Of a stretch of DNA of 64,000 bases, positions 1 through 13,429 are shown one piece after another (positions within the stretch are counted from its first letter, which is position 1; each line of letters begins with the position of its first letter). Location: positions 11,203,009-11,267,008 of the forward strand of contig MU058781.1 in assembly GCA_013265495.1 (NCBI GenBank), written 5' to 3'. This stretch comes from Vicugna vicugna (Eukaryota). A model generated the notes under the pieces. It ran no database searches and was not told the origin of the DNA. It saw nothing but the letters and a program-made list of their open reading frames with translations. The translations under genes and the position numbers were made by a program.

Positions 1-489
1 ATGGTGGCAAAATCAGCCCAGCCACTGAAATATTTTCATCAGCATTGCTATATAATAATAAAAAATTCCAACCACTCTAACTTCAGTGAGAATCTAGTTA
101 TGGAAGATGTCTCTAATTATAATGAACCAGCTGTTTAGAACATTCCCAGAAGGGTCCAATTAGTTTCTATGAGCTGATGAAACCACTCATCACTACCTGG
201 GTCATCTACAGGTCCCATGTTGTACCCAGTCCAGGGGCTGGTTCCCAGAGGAAGGGTTAGGATTCATCTGTCAGGTGTAGATTATCATCTCTTATGCAGA
301 GTGTGATGTTTCTGCCAAAAATGGATATTTTTGCATATTGATCTTTTGAACTATTCTCTAAATGAGTATCTCCCTTCCTCGAAGCAGGAAAACAATTCGA
401 AAAGAATTCACAGAGAAATGATATGGCTATTCAAAACAACAAGGTGAAAGATTTCTTTTAGCTTAAAAGTGACCTCAGAGTTACCTGTC

Positions 490-720
490 ATTATACATTT
501 GTCTAAACCCATAGAATGTATAACACCAAGAGTGAACCTTAATGTAAACTATGAATTGTGGGTGATCACGATGTGTCCACATAGGTTCATCAACTGTAAC
601 ACATTTACCACACTTGTGGGGGATATTGGTAATGGGGGAGGCTATGCATGTGTAGGGGCAAGGGCTATTTGGGGAACCTATGCATTTTCCCCTCAGTTTT
701 GCTCTGAACCTAAAACTGCT
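490..720 (+). mobile_element. Old L1 (L1MC-like) 3' UTR fragment
   Basis: ttatacatttgtctaaacccatagaatgtataacaccaagagtgaacct...gtaaactatg is typical of L1MC 3' ends; boundaries approximate. Confidence 0.7.
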
Positions 721-2544
721 TTTTGGGCTCAGCATGCTTCCACTGCACTACTCTGCCATCTAACCCAAAACTGATTTAAAAACTCATGTTTTTAAAGCTT
801 TAAAAAAAAGTGACCCAAAAGATAAGATGCCCATCATAAGTAACACCTTTCTTGAAAAATTCTTAAGTGTAAGCATGTATCTAAATGTACCCATATTGCT
901 AAATCTTTTTGTCTTAAACAAACACCCACCAATTTTCATCAAATTTTGAACCATCAAATCCATCTCCCAGCATACCACAAATTTTTAAACTATTGGCATT
1001 CTGGTTTAATTTTCTCTTTATTGCACTTTATGGACTCTCTTAAAAGACTGGATAACGCCTAAGCATTCTGAACATGTAATGTTAAATCTCACATTTATTA
1101 GCTTTATTCTAAAGTAATTATTTGCAGTGGGCATTTTATCTGCCGGAAAACTTGAGTCATTTTTAAGGCATTCATAAGTAAGTCTGCATGGGTTTCCCTA
1201 ATGCTATGCTGAACAGAAGAATGACCCCCATAAAGTTAAAAAATAACCAATTAACTCAAGAGAACTCTTAGGAGAAATTACGGGAACCACCACTAATAAA
1301 GCATTGAAAAAAATGGGGGAACTCTTTGTCTCTATCATTTTCCTTCTTAACTTACTACACCAGGCTTACTATTCACCATTGTCATTTTTGTTTGTTTTGT
1401 TTTCCCACATGGGATTCTAGTTACCAAACCAATCTAGGCAGTGGAATGTAAAATTTCCACTAAGAATGTAGAGCAGCTGAAAGTGTGTGCATAACAATGC
1501 AAGATGAAAACCAGCAATGCCGAGCGTGCAGGGGCAGTCCCAGCGGGCAGAGGACAGCCCCCACCTGCATTTAAATAAGTCATTTGGTCTGCAGGATTCC
1601 TACATTGAAGAAGGTGTCAACTGTAAGATCTACATGCAATCTTTCCTAAATACTAAGAAAGCTATGAAGCAATCAGCGACAACAAAAGAAGATACATCAA
1701 CATTCTTAGCAATCATTAGTTGTTCACCCATGATGTGCTGGCTCCGTGCTCTGGGCTGAGGACTTAGTACCGCAGAAGGCAGAGAGGGCTTCCATTCTCA
1801 CTGAGCTTATGTAAAGGATGGGGTGCAGGCGTGAGAGACAGCAGAGGAGCAGAGGAAGGAATGAAGCAGCTCAGCATTACTCAGGAGCCCTGGCCAGTCA
1901 GCTTGAAGATCTAGAAGCTCAACTATTCCCTGAGTTACCTGAGGCAGGTGACTTCACCACTCTGGGTAGGCTTGTCTACTCAGTGCTAGGATGAGCAGAT
2001 CATCTCTAAACCCCCTTCAAGTTCACGTTCTCCAAAAACATTAAAGTGCTATTTAAATGCAGCTGATCTTGAACACAAATAAAAGCTTTTAAAATTAAAC
2101 TATTAAAAATATGGTCTTGCTAACACTTAAGTGTCAAAGAATTGCTAAGGCAATTGGGATGTCCACAATTTAGAGCAAAATATTATTATGTACTCCAAAT
2201 GGGATCCCACACAGGTATTCTCTTGTGACTGTTAGAAAGATAATAATTGACTAGGTCAATTAGTTTTTTTTAATCAATTATCTATATAAACTTTGGTTTC
2301 AACTTAAAATGACTAGTATCACCACTTCCATGGGTGATATTCCTCTTGCAAAGGATGAGACAGGTCCTAAGACGCACCCACATTCTGAAATCTGAAGCTG
2401 TCTGCAGTAGAAGTTTCTACACATCTCACAGTTTATTTTCTTTCAGCAGAGAAGGTTCATTCATCCAATGACATCTATCAGTTACCTATATGCCAGGTAC
2501 AGGGGTAAGCACTGAGCATTCACAAATAATTAAGTCAAGATCCC

Positions 2545-2875
2545 AGACTGTAGGTTGAATCAATCACCAGTGGCCAATGGTATAATCGATCATGCCTATG
2601 CAATGAAGCCTCCATAAAAACCCACAGGACAGAGTTCTGAGAGCTTCTGGGTTGGTGGACATGGGGAGATTTGGCGAGAGGGGTGAGCTCAGAGGCATGG
2701 AAGCTCAGTGCCCTTCCCCATGCATCTTGCCCTGCGCATCTCTTGCATCTAGCTATCCTTTTACAACAAACCAGTAATCTAGTAAATGAAATGCTTCTCT
2801 GACTTTTGAAAGCCACTAAAGCAAATTAATCAAACACAAAGGGGGGACATTAGAACCTCAGATCTATAGCTGGGC
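2545..2875 (+). mobile_element. MER21-like LTR fragment
   Basis: aatcaccagtggccaatg...tcatgcctatgcaatgaagcctccataaaaaccc...ggaagctc...cccttccccatg resembles MER21. Confidence 0.65.
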
Positions 2876-3320
2876 TTCAGAGCATTAATATGGAGAGATT
2901 TGCAGGACATATTATTAAGTGAAAAAGAGCAAAATGCCAAAGGATTTCTATAGTGTGGACCCTTCATACAGAAAAGAAAGGAATATAGACAGATATAGAT
3001 ATACAGATATAGTTACATATCTGCTCATTTGTGGAAAAGGATAGGATAAAGACAAGAAATATAAACCACAAACTAAGGAGAATGGTTTCTTATGAGGAAT
3101 GGACAAGAATCAGGTGTAAAGAATTTGGGACTAGGAACTAAGCAGTAGGAACAGAGGGAGGGGGGAGACATTTCTCTCAGTGTATCTTTTTGTACAGCTT
3201 ATTGCTTTCAGGACCATGGCAAATAATTAAAATCAGCCATGATGTTGGGCACTCAAAATAGAACATAAACAGTAGCAAATGAACCTAACCGTATTATAAA
3301 TAACACAACCACACTGAAAG

Positions 3321-3941
3321 TGAAACCAAGGGCAGTCATCAGTTAGATCCCTTCAACGATAACTTGCTTAATAAATAATACCCTGTAACCTGCCCTCGCT
3401 GATCAAGCTTGCTTTAATCGTGCCTGCAAATTACATACCCTCCAAGTTTCATGTAGCTTAGAAAATATATTATGAAACTCCTCTGACCTCCCCTTTTAAT
3501 AACACCTCTGATATATGTCTCGCTATGGTAATGTTTGCTTAAATTGGCTTTCAGGAACATGGAGCTAGTCCTGCTCAGCTCAAACCGGTCAAGACCACCA
3601 AGCATTCAATAGGGCCTGCATGAGTGTCCAGTGGATGATCTTTTGATATCAGAGGGCCAAAAACTCCACCTTCAGATCATGCGAACACTGCCATGTTCTG
3701 AACATGTGTTCCATGAAGAAGCACATAACTCAGATACACCTACACAGAACACCAATTATTTCACCTCTTTCTTGCCTCCAATCATCTTTCTCCACATCTC
3801 AGAACACCCTGCTCCCTTATCCCATAAATATCCCAAGCCCATAGCATTCAGGGAGGCAGATCTGAGATTTGTTCTTCTGCCTCCTCCCTTGGCTGCCTTG
3901 TCAATAAACCTTTTCTCTGGTGCAAACCTGGTTCAGTAACA
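3321..3941 (+). mobile_element. Solo ERV1-type LTR (MER34/MER39-like), 621 bp
   Basis: TG...CA termini; 4-bp target-site duplication AAAG (3317-3320 and 3942-3945); CATAAATA TATA-like box near 3823 and AATAAA at 3903; interrupts an older L1 fragment. Confidence 0.8.
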
Positions 3942-6119
3942 AAAGGGATAAGGAAGAAAATAAATAAATAACTTAAGTATGAGTTAGCAATTCTAAAACT
4001 ATTCTGTGTGTACATTAATATTGAGCAAATCGGTCATGAGTTTTGTCACCAATATGCAAAAAGTGGTGGGAGGGATCTTTTATCACATACCAAGCCTACT
4101 AGCTCAGAACAATAAGAAACAACGGTTTGTTGCTACCCAGTGAACCTAGCTTAATTGGGAAAATAGTTGCTATCCCTTAGGGCAGAACTAGGTCAAAAGA
4201 ATCTCACCTCCACATCAAGATTGCACCATCCAGGAGGCTAAAGCATATGATGCAGATAAAGAAGAATGTTCAAGGTTCAGTGAGGTTTTATTTCTCAGAA
4301 AGTAACAGTTCAAGACTATCGATGGCACAACCAACCTCCCTTCTGAAACCAGCCAACCGTGAGCTCATCTCCAGCCTTTCCCAGAAAATGAATGACAACG
4401 CAACTCTTTTAAGTAAAACACACAAAGAAGTAAAACCTGTACTTGGCCCAGGTCCTGTATTAAGACCTAAGACCTTCAAAAAAAAAACAACAGTTTATGA
4501 TTACTTTGTGTCTTGCTTGTAAATAATTGTTAGCAAGAAAATCAAAGTCTGTTCCCTCTTTGTCCCATCTTTTTCATACTTCACTTCCTTCTCTATCTGG
4601 ATTGCTTGGATGAGGGTCACCCGTTGAAGAGTAATGGCATTTTGGTATCTAAACTATTTGGGCTACACCACAAGAAATAGAAGAAAGGCCCTCACATTGA
4701 ATGCAATTAAGTAAGGCCAAGTTCATTTTACTCCCAATCTGATTTTTGCAGGGAGAGTCGTGGAATCAGGTGGTCCCTAAAGTGAACTGAATTGGAATAA
4801 TCCAAAATCAAAATCTCCAGGGAGTCTACTGGGTTTAAACTCAAACACTCCATCTAGGATTAAGGGAACAAGACATCCACTTCCTTATATACCCCTTTCC
4901 TTCTGAAAGGTACCCACTTTTAGGCTACCATCTTTAATTGCTCCATGAACAACTTTTACATTACAGTAAATAACAAATCACAAAGTCCTCTTGGTGATTA
5001 GAAAAGCAGAATGGAATGTAAGTTCTTATGCCAGACGGAGGAACTCTTGAAAGTCTTGAAGCCTCAATCAAGCTGTCCACCTTGGAAGGATAACTTGGCC
5101 CTTGGCTCCCACCTGCAAAGACAGTGGGGATTTTGTCCTCTACTGTGAGAGACTAGATGTCCCTCATATCCTGAAGAAATCACAGGGGAGTCCTGGTACT
5201 CCCATTTCTGCAAGGTTATTATGCAAAGAATGAATCAAAGATTTCCATTACATTAACCCTTCTAGTCTAGAAGTTTTGAGCAAATGCGTTCCACAAAATT
5301 TTCTGTCATTCTAAGGTACATTCAGCAAGTAGAGTGGGTTTTTATTATTTTTTAACATAAATTACTAAAGAAGATGCAGAACATTCTTCTCACTATGCCT
5401 CTCTCCTCTTTGTCACCACGTTCACATCTCAGCCTACAGCAGGGTTTAGTCCTTAGCATCATCTCAAGGCCTGTTTAGAAAAAACAAATACTATACATGT
5501 AAGTGGGAGATGAGTCACATTTATTTTACCATATCTCTACTTTTAAACAAAATTAAAAGGTCTGAAAACTGAAATAATTTTTCTGTTTTGCCACCATGTG
5601 TAGAAATACAGAATTTGAATTGTTGATCAAGTTTCATACAAAGTTCCAAAACCAAAAGAAAGAAAGAAAAATTTTTAAAAAAGAGACAATTTCTGTTCCG
5701 GCCCACTACAAAAAACTTTCAATTCTCCCTGTTGATGGAGAAGAGAAGGAATATGGATAATCAAAGCACTAGCTAATCCAAAAGTCATTTAAAATAAAAT
5801 GTACTAAACCAGCCTTTTATATTTTGCCAAAATATTTATTATCTCCCTCTGATTCAAGCTAATGTCTAAATGAGTCTTCAGTTTTAGAACACATCAGCCG
5901 ACAAAAGGACATCCCCTCATTGCTCCCAGGATAGTAGAAAATCAGTTCAAATTTTAAAGTTTACTATGGATGATCCATAAAATTGAAAACCACACAAAGA
6001 TTGCTAGCAGCTAACTGACACATGCCTTAACTAAAAAGAGACCAATAAAGAAAAGAAACCAATATACCTAGTATGGGAAAAAAAAAAAACCCACCATCAC
6101 TCATATCAATAAAAACCAC

Positions 6120-6212
6120 GGGATTATATGAAATCATCTGTGTGAAACTTCTGAAAATTGTAAAGCACTATAGAATTTAAATAATCTTTCATACAATAAA
6201 AAAAATTTTTTA
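6120..6212 (+). mobile_element. Short 5'-truncated L1 3' tail
   Basis: gggattatatgaaatcat...gtaaagcactatagaattt...caataaaaaaa is near-identical to the tail of the L1 at 29328-29402. Confidence 0.7.
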
Positions 6213-7679
6213 AACCCAAGAATCCAAGAATGTATGAATGTATGTACCCTAATTGAATCCCTGCCATTCTGTATTCTGGTTCTAGTATTTGCTGGCTGCT
6301 GTCTCCTCAGATACAGGGTTCACTCTGTGAGCCCAGGGACTGGGTTTTTTCATATCACTATTCCTCCAGCACGGCCCAGGGCCTGGCGCATTACGGGCAA
6401 CAGCAGCAAACATCTCTGGAGCCCTCCACGTGACCACGCCCAAGTCAGTCAGGCGTCCCAGACGACCAGAGCTTACAGTTAACTGGACAGCAGGTGTTTG
6501 ATGAGTTGAGTCGAAATGAATTACAGGGAAACCTAGGTTAGGACAGGTATTGTTGTCATCATCAATTCACAGTTGAGGAAACTGAGGCTATAAAGCAACC
6601 CAGCCCAGGACTTTCTCCTGAGATCTTTCTACTTTACATAATAAGCGTGTTGTTTTCATTTCTATTGACATTTTCTCTGTGAACTCTACTTCCTTGAAAC
6701 TAATCTCTTCTAATCTCTTCAGGGTCCTTAGCGACTGGCAGCATGTGATGTGTGTGAATTTCACATGCCATTAGTTTTCACAGCAACAATCCACTTTTAA
6801 TCAATCTCTTAACATTATAAACTTGTAATGAAGATATGGGGTATTACTGGCAAACAAAATAAATATTCTTTAAATAAAAAGAAATTGTTAAAGGCTAGCA
6901 AATGGGCTAATATGTCTTTCCCCTTATATTTAGTTGTCTCTGCTTAATATATACTTAGCTTGATTTACACTTTAATGCCTGACATTCGTTACTCTCCCAC
7001 AGACGGCTAAAATGACAAGCATAGGAAAATGAGACCTAGATTAATGTCCTTCCATTTTCAAGGAAGAAAATATAGACTACTTTCTGTGTGCAGTATACAT
7101 TCCCTGACAGTGAATAACAATAATTTGCATGTCAGATGTCTAATAAGTATTATTTGTTCAAGAACCAAAGAGGAATACTTTCTCCAAGAGCATACATCTC
7201 CACATACACAGAAACTTGATAATCTCTCCTGCTCAGTCACAGAGTAATTCTAAATCCCCTGCCCATTGGCACCGAGTTGTTGACAACTGAGGATTTTAAA
7301 GTGGATTCCCCTGTGTAGATTTACCTTTCCAGTTATTAGATCTCCAGGTAATAAAGAGCTTGGATTCCTGTAAAATATACTACAAGGGATATTAAACTAC
7401 CTGTGCTTTGGACATCTGAATATGCAATGCTTATGAATTCAACTAATTGAGGCCATAATTTGTGTGGCTAAATGATGGTCGGGCAGAGGGGTAACTGGTA
7501 GAGTTAGGCTATCCCAAGAGTTGAGAATCACTGCTTTGGGGACTTGTTGTAGTCAAAGCACATTTCTGTCAAGTTGGAGGCGCATGGCCTCTCATATCCC
7601 AGAGGTCACTGCCCGAACTATTGACCAACACAGCTATGAAATTTTATGCGTCTACACCCCTGCTTTTGGTTTTCTTACC

Positions 7680-7985
7680 TCACCCTCAATATGTCTACTG
7701 AACTGCAGATTTTTCAAGATCCAGCTCCTCTCTGAAGTACCCTGTCTCTGATCCCCTTGCCATGCAATATTAATTGCATTCCCCTTGGTACGTTCACCCA
7801 CATTGGGCCTACACACTGTGTGCATTTATCACACTTTACTAATATTCCCTTCATGCACATATATCATCCCTGCTAGACTAAGCTCTTCCCTGAAAAGTAG
7901 GGGTCACCTATTTCTCATTTTTCACCCGAGGCACCCAGTTCAGCATCTGACACATGGTAGATGTTCACTTAATATTTCTTGATAA
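7680..7985 (+). mobile_element. L2 3' fragment
   Basis: ctagactaagctcttccctgaaaagtaggggtc...cagcatctgacacatggtagatgttcacttaatattt L2-type end. Confidence 0.55.
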
Positions 7986-10900
7986 CTACAACTTCGAGAC
8001 ATAGATAACTTTTTCCACTTTCCAATGAGGAAACAGTACTCTAGGTCCCAGGATCAAGACTGAAACTCAGGCCTATTTAGTTTCAAAATCCATGCTCCTT
8101 CCACTAAGCCCTGCCCTTTCTCAATGATAAACAAGGTGAAACTGAAGCATTCAGATAAAAATGGATGGGCAACCTCTACAGATGCAACATATAAATTAAG
8201 GGTTGGAGAGATAATTCAGGCTAAGTAAGCCTGATTACCCAAAATGCACATAGAGGCGTAGTGAGCAGGGAGACATATACAAAATAATAACACAACTGAA
8301 GGAGAGTATTCACCCTTTCTCTTTCCACATAAGACAGACTTCTTGGAAAGCCTTTACCAAGTTTTTTGAGCATAAACCATCAAGTTCAATAAAATCTTTT
8401 AGCAACTCAGGTCTGTTGAAAGATTAGTTGGAAAAAAATACCACTGCATTTTTGTTTCATTTCAACTCCTCATTTCTACCATGCAACCTCAGAATTATAA
8501 AGGTAAGGTAAGGAAGAATGGTGATAGCTTGGAACTAAGGATACAGTGGAGATAGACAACTCAAGCAACACCATTAGCTGCCTAATGTTCCCAGCGGAAT
8601 GGGAAATTGGGGAGGGATGCCCTCCATCACCCCCAAATTGGAACCAACCTACTTCCATCATTAATCTGGGTTTTACAAGAAGAAGCCAGGCTTACTTTGT
8701 GCCTTAATTATACTCAACACAAATAATTCGAGGAATCCAGAAGATGACACAAAATCGGTCCCACAGGAAACGATGAGTTCTTCCTACACTTCTATTCTGC
8801 CTCCATTTATATTTATAACGCGGAAATGAAGCCATGAATGAATAAAATGAGTGTGCTTGTGTTCCAATTTCCAAGCTGCATCCCTTTCTGTTTTGTCATA
8901 GTGCTTAAATAATACGAAATACTGAGGGGGGAATAAAAAACATTTGTCTAAGAAAGCAAACCTCTTCCACTTAGATATAGAGGGAAAAAAGAGCTATTTT
9001 AACCTGCAAATGAAAAAGAATGATATTTCATCCAGTAAGTCTTCAGTGAACATATTACCAGGAACAGAGGAATTTTTTTTTAAGTTCCACTAAACATGGT
9101 TCAGAATGACTGCACCCCAATTAGCAATAACCATAAACTGGAAGCCAGTTTTGTTTGCAAGGGCTGTCTAGTCAATTCCTGGCTGATCCCTCCCGGTATT
9201 ACTTTCATTACGAGCACTCAGAAGAATAACTGTGTTTGGATGGCTTGTTGTTGCAATTAGGTTTCTAGGTTACCAGCTACCAAACAACCCTGGGCTGAAT
9301 GTAATTTCTAGACATACTGTTCCAAACCTGCCATATGCCATCCAAGGATAAACTGCAATTTTCACATCCATGGGGAGTAGAATAGTAAGTCAAAGTAAAG
9401 GGTCACCCTGTATAAACAGTATTGGTTGGGCAACCTTGCAGTAAAGCCATTCTGCTGAGCTTCATAGGAAGAGGAATTTGGCCTCCCAAACTATCTGAAA
9501 ACTTGACCTTTTACAGTGGAGCACCGCAAAGAACACTTAGGAATCTTCATCTTGTAAGTCTGCTTTGCAGGTGTGTAAGACAGGCTGTCTTCTTGATTCA
9601 ACCATTGGTCCATCTCTTTCCATCTCTTTCTAGATTTCTGGGGGCAGAGAATATCCCACAATTCAAGAGGGACAGAGAGAATCTGGAGATGAAAGGGAGC
9701 CACAGCCACTGAGGGGCAGGAAAATAGGGGCAACAAAGAAATAACAAAGTTGACAGGTATTTGCTTCTGATAAAGAAAACGTACCTCAGATCAATTGGGG
9801 GGGAAACCTTATGTGGTTTAAATAACAAATGAAACTGACACATGCTTGTTCGTAGTTATACTTCTGAAGAAATACATGAGGCCCTTTCATTTTCATTAAC
9901 TTCTAAATCACATACATCATCTATCTTCTTTGAAGGAAACAGGAATCATTTTTGCCAAATTACTAGTGAATTATCTATATGTCTTCCAGTTAGGTAGGAA
10001 AAGAATTCATATCATCTACCTGACTTTTAACTATTTTTAGCAAAACAGTCTTCAAAAACCAGCAACAGAAAACTATTGCCTTTCATGAGAATGGATGATA
10101 TATATAAAATGGTAATATTTTAAATCCCATCCTTTATTTGACAACAACCACTAAAATCATCTAAACGTGGTACAGACTCAGTGACACTCAGACAGTGAGC
10201 TCAGCATGGTTTCGATAGGAGTTACCTAGTCACTCATGCACTCATTCACTCATTTATTAAGCAGCTCTTTCATTTCTTAAATTTTGCTAATCTTAGTTTG
10301 TTTTTATCTTACCTTTAGCTTTGATTCCCTGATATTTCAATCCATTTTCTACCCTAATCATTAATTCATGGCAACTACAAATACCACTTGTGGAAATGAT
10401 TTGGAGTAGTTGTTGCCAAAATTAATAAAAATAATTACAATGAATGAAATATAATGTTAATAAAAATGTTATCAAGAAATCAAATTCTGCTGGAGTGGGG
10501 ACGGAAGAGGTGGTCAATAACACATGTACTTGACCAAAAAAAATCTGCATTTAATCAAGAGTTCCCAGCATATATACTTTTTAACTTTGAAAACAAGACA
10601 TGAAACACACTGGAAAGAGATGAAGTGATAAGCTGGCTGCTAAAGATTTTTTAAAATCATGTTTAATAAACACAGTAAAGGCTAGAAGAAGAATGTGGAA
10701 AGGGCTCTAAAAATAGTGAATAAAATAAGAAGACACAAAAATGAAAAAAGGAAGAAAGAAATTAACAGAGGAAGGATGGATATAGCCAAAATGCTAAATA
10801 TAAGTCATTTAGAAAGAGAAGCAAAAAAAAATACTTGGGAAATCATGTAAATGTGACCTAAGAAAGTTAAGCACAAAGATTATTAAATAATAATATTTAC

Positions 10901-11479
10901 AATGAATTATTTCTATTACTAATATCTAAATAATATTTGATATATTTAGAAATATCTAAATGCTTTAAAATATTTCTTGTCTTTATTCAAAGTCACTTTT
11001 TTAGATTAGCTGCATGTGAATGCTCAAATTTATCAGATTAAATTTTACACATTAATAATACTCAGTTCTAACAAATTATATTTCAGAAGAGCAAATTAAA
11101 TGGCTCCTTCATGCTCTTTTTTCTGTGTTGGCCATACTCTACAAGAAAAATTCCCCGCAACAGAGCAGTGCTACCTCAGCAACCAGAAAACCAAGAATGA
11201 GAAGTTGCTTATATGGGAATAAACCGCATATATAGTATAGTTAATGATAGGAACAACTTGGTGAAAACTCAGTTCTCCATTTCAGGACACTAAAAAATAA
11301 GAGATATGCAAAGGGAAGAGCCTGTGTGCTAATTCACAAAGTAATTATCAAAATATTGATTATTGAAGGTATGCAATAACAGTATCTAAGTGCCATAACT
11401 GAAACAAACCCCAAGTGTAGGGGACTGTGGCCACTGCAATAGTTCCGGCCCATTTCCTTTCCCAGAATCCCACCAACTC

Positions 11480-11960
11480 CCACTGAGAAGTGAATTCTCT
11501 TTGCCCCCAACCCCAAAAATCTAAACAGGACTTTGGATTGCTTGGAAGAATAAAATACAATGGATATGATGTTGTCTGACTTCTGAGTCTCTCTGTCTAT
11601 CTGTCTGTCTCTCTTTCCACACTTGCCCTTGGAACCCCACCACCATTCTATGAAGAAGCCCAGTCTACTCTCCAAAGGGAGAGACCACGTGGAAAAGTGC
11701 AGGTGAAGAGGAAGTTAAGGCCCAACTGACAGCCAACATTAGCCCTCACTCAAGTGAGGGAACCAACTTTCACATGATTCCAGCAGCCAGCCTTCAAGTC
11801 TTCAGCCAGTGCTCCAGACAACAAGGAGCAGAGAAAAACCATCTCTTCTGTGTTCTCCCTACATGTCTGACACACAGGACCCAGAAGCAAAATGAATCAT
11901 TGTGTTGTTATACTACTAAATTTGGGGGTAATTTATTATGTAGTCTTAAAATTGGAAACA
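11480..11960 (+). mobile_element. MLT1 (ERVL-MaLR) LTR
   Basis: tgacttctgag, cttggaaccc...ccattctatgaagaagccc, and terminal ttgttgttatactactaaatttgggggtaatttattatgtag...aaca; left boundary approximate. Confidence 0.7.
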
Positions 11961-13149
11961 CCTTGTTTTTTAAAAAAATTTTAAATTTTTAAATATAAAG
12001 GAAATAAGTAGTATTTAAAGCAAAAACTGACTACATCCATTTTCATACACCAGGAAAGTAGCGCAATTACTGTTCATTCCAAAAAAAAATAAAAAGTGTG
12101 TGCCAGACACTATCTGATGCCGGAGTGGTACAACGATGAGTATAAACAGACATGATACCTGACACCTCTTGGGGTGTATAGTCTAGGAAGAGATGTAGAC
12201 TTCAATCAACTATTCAACCACACAAAGGCAAATTCAGCTGTAACAAGGAGAAAGGCCTGATGTACACCAAGAAATAGAGGAATGGGGGAGAACGTTCTAG
12301 ACTCAGAAAACAGCCATCTGTAAAGGTCCTGATATAAGAGGTAGTGTGCAATACAACGTGAAGGCCAGCAATGTAACATCACTTTCATTGCATTCTTTTC
12401 TTTTCATTGCATTCTTTTTCATGGGGAAAAAAAATAGACTCTACCTCTTAAGAAGGAGTGGCAAGGTAAAGAAATAGCAAATGAAAGTGTTGGAAGAGCG
12501 GATCTGGAAGAATATGAAGGTACAAAACGTGGAAGACAACACCTTTCAGACTTGACACCTGCCTGTTGACAGTAAACATGGTAAGAATTTAAAACTTTAT
12601 TCGTGGCTCTGGGCTCAGTTATCTCTTTCTCCAATCTCTTCACACTCTGTAGTAAATTTCCATGTAAAAATACTTTGGGTTTCCTGTGGGAGCCCTTTTG
12701 TAAGTAGACATGCCAAAGCCATTTCAAGTACTGTATTGGAAACATTCAACAAAAATATCTGTCCTATAGGGAATATTAGCCAAGGCAAAAAAAAAAAAAA
12801 AAGTCAATTGAGAATACAACTAAAATAACTCCAGGCAAGGATTTTGTGATTAATGATGACTTGTTAAAGAAGGATATTAAGGAATTTAAAAGAAAATTGT
12901 GCCCCTTTTCTGGATTTACTTCCTAATTTTTAATCTTCTTTATGTATCTTCTTCTTCCTATGATAATTAAATCAAAGCATAAATAAATAAATAAAATCCT
13001 TCACCCTCCAAACACCCTTTCAAGAACAAAAAGACACTGAATGATCATCTTCAATCAAATTATGTTAACTCGGTAGGAAATGCTTCCCTCTGCCCTAATG
13101 CAATATATTTCCACATGGTGCCTCTTGACTATGAGCTTCACAAGAAGAT

Positions 13150-13275
13150 GTCTTAGTCATCAGTTGCCTCCTCTGTAAACTGGGAGTAATAACAATCCCT
13201 ACTTCGCAAGGTTGCTGTGAGGATTAAATTAGATAATCTTTGTAAAGTGTCTAGAATGGTACAAAGCGCACAGTA
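13150..13275 (+). mobile_element. MIR SINE
   Basis: cagttgcctcctctgtaaactgggagtaataacaatccctacttcgcaaggttgctgtgaggattaaattagataat MIR core. Confidence 0.75.
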
Positions 13276-13282
13276 AACAAAT

Positions 13283-13323
13283 ACACACACACACACACAC
13301 GCACACGCACACGCACACACACA
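13283..13323. repeat. Compound (CA)n/(CACACG)n microsatellite
   Basis: Directly visible. Confidence 0.9.
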
Positions 13324-13429
13324 GTAGGTTCCGATTTTGTACATCTTCCAACATTTGGGTTGGCTCAGTGTTCAAACAGGTAACACTTCAAATATTTCTG
13401 ACTGTCACTGTTATCAAAAGACAAACTAC

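Noticed and set aside
10880..10975. AT-rich stretch with imperfect inverted repeats (atctaaat...atttaga)
   Set aside because: Low-complexity AT sequence in which such symmetry is expected by chance.
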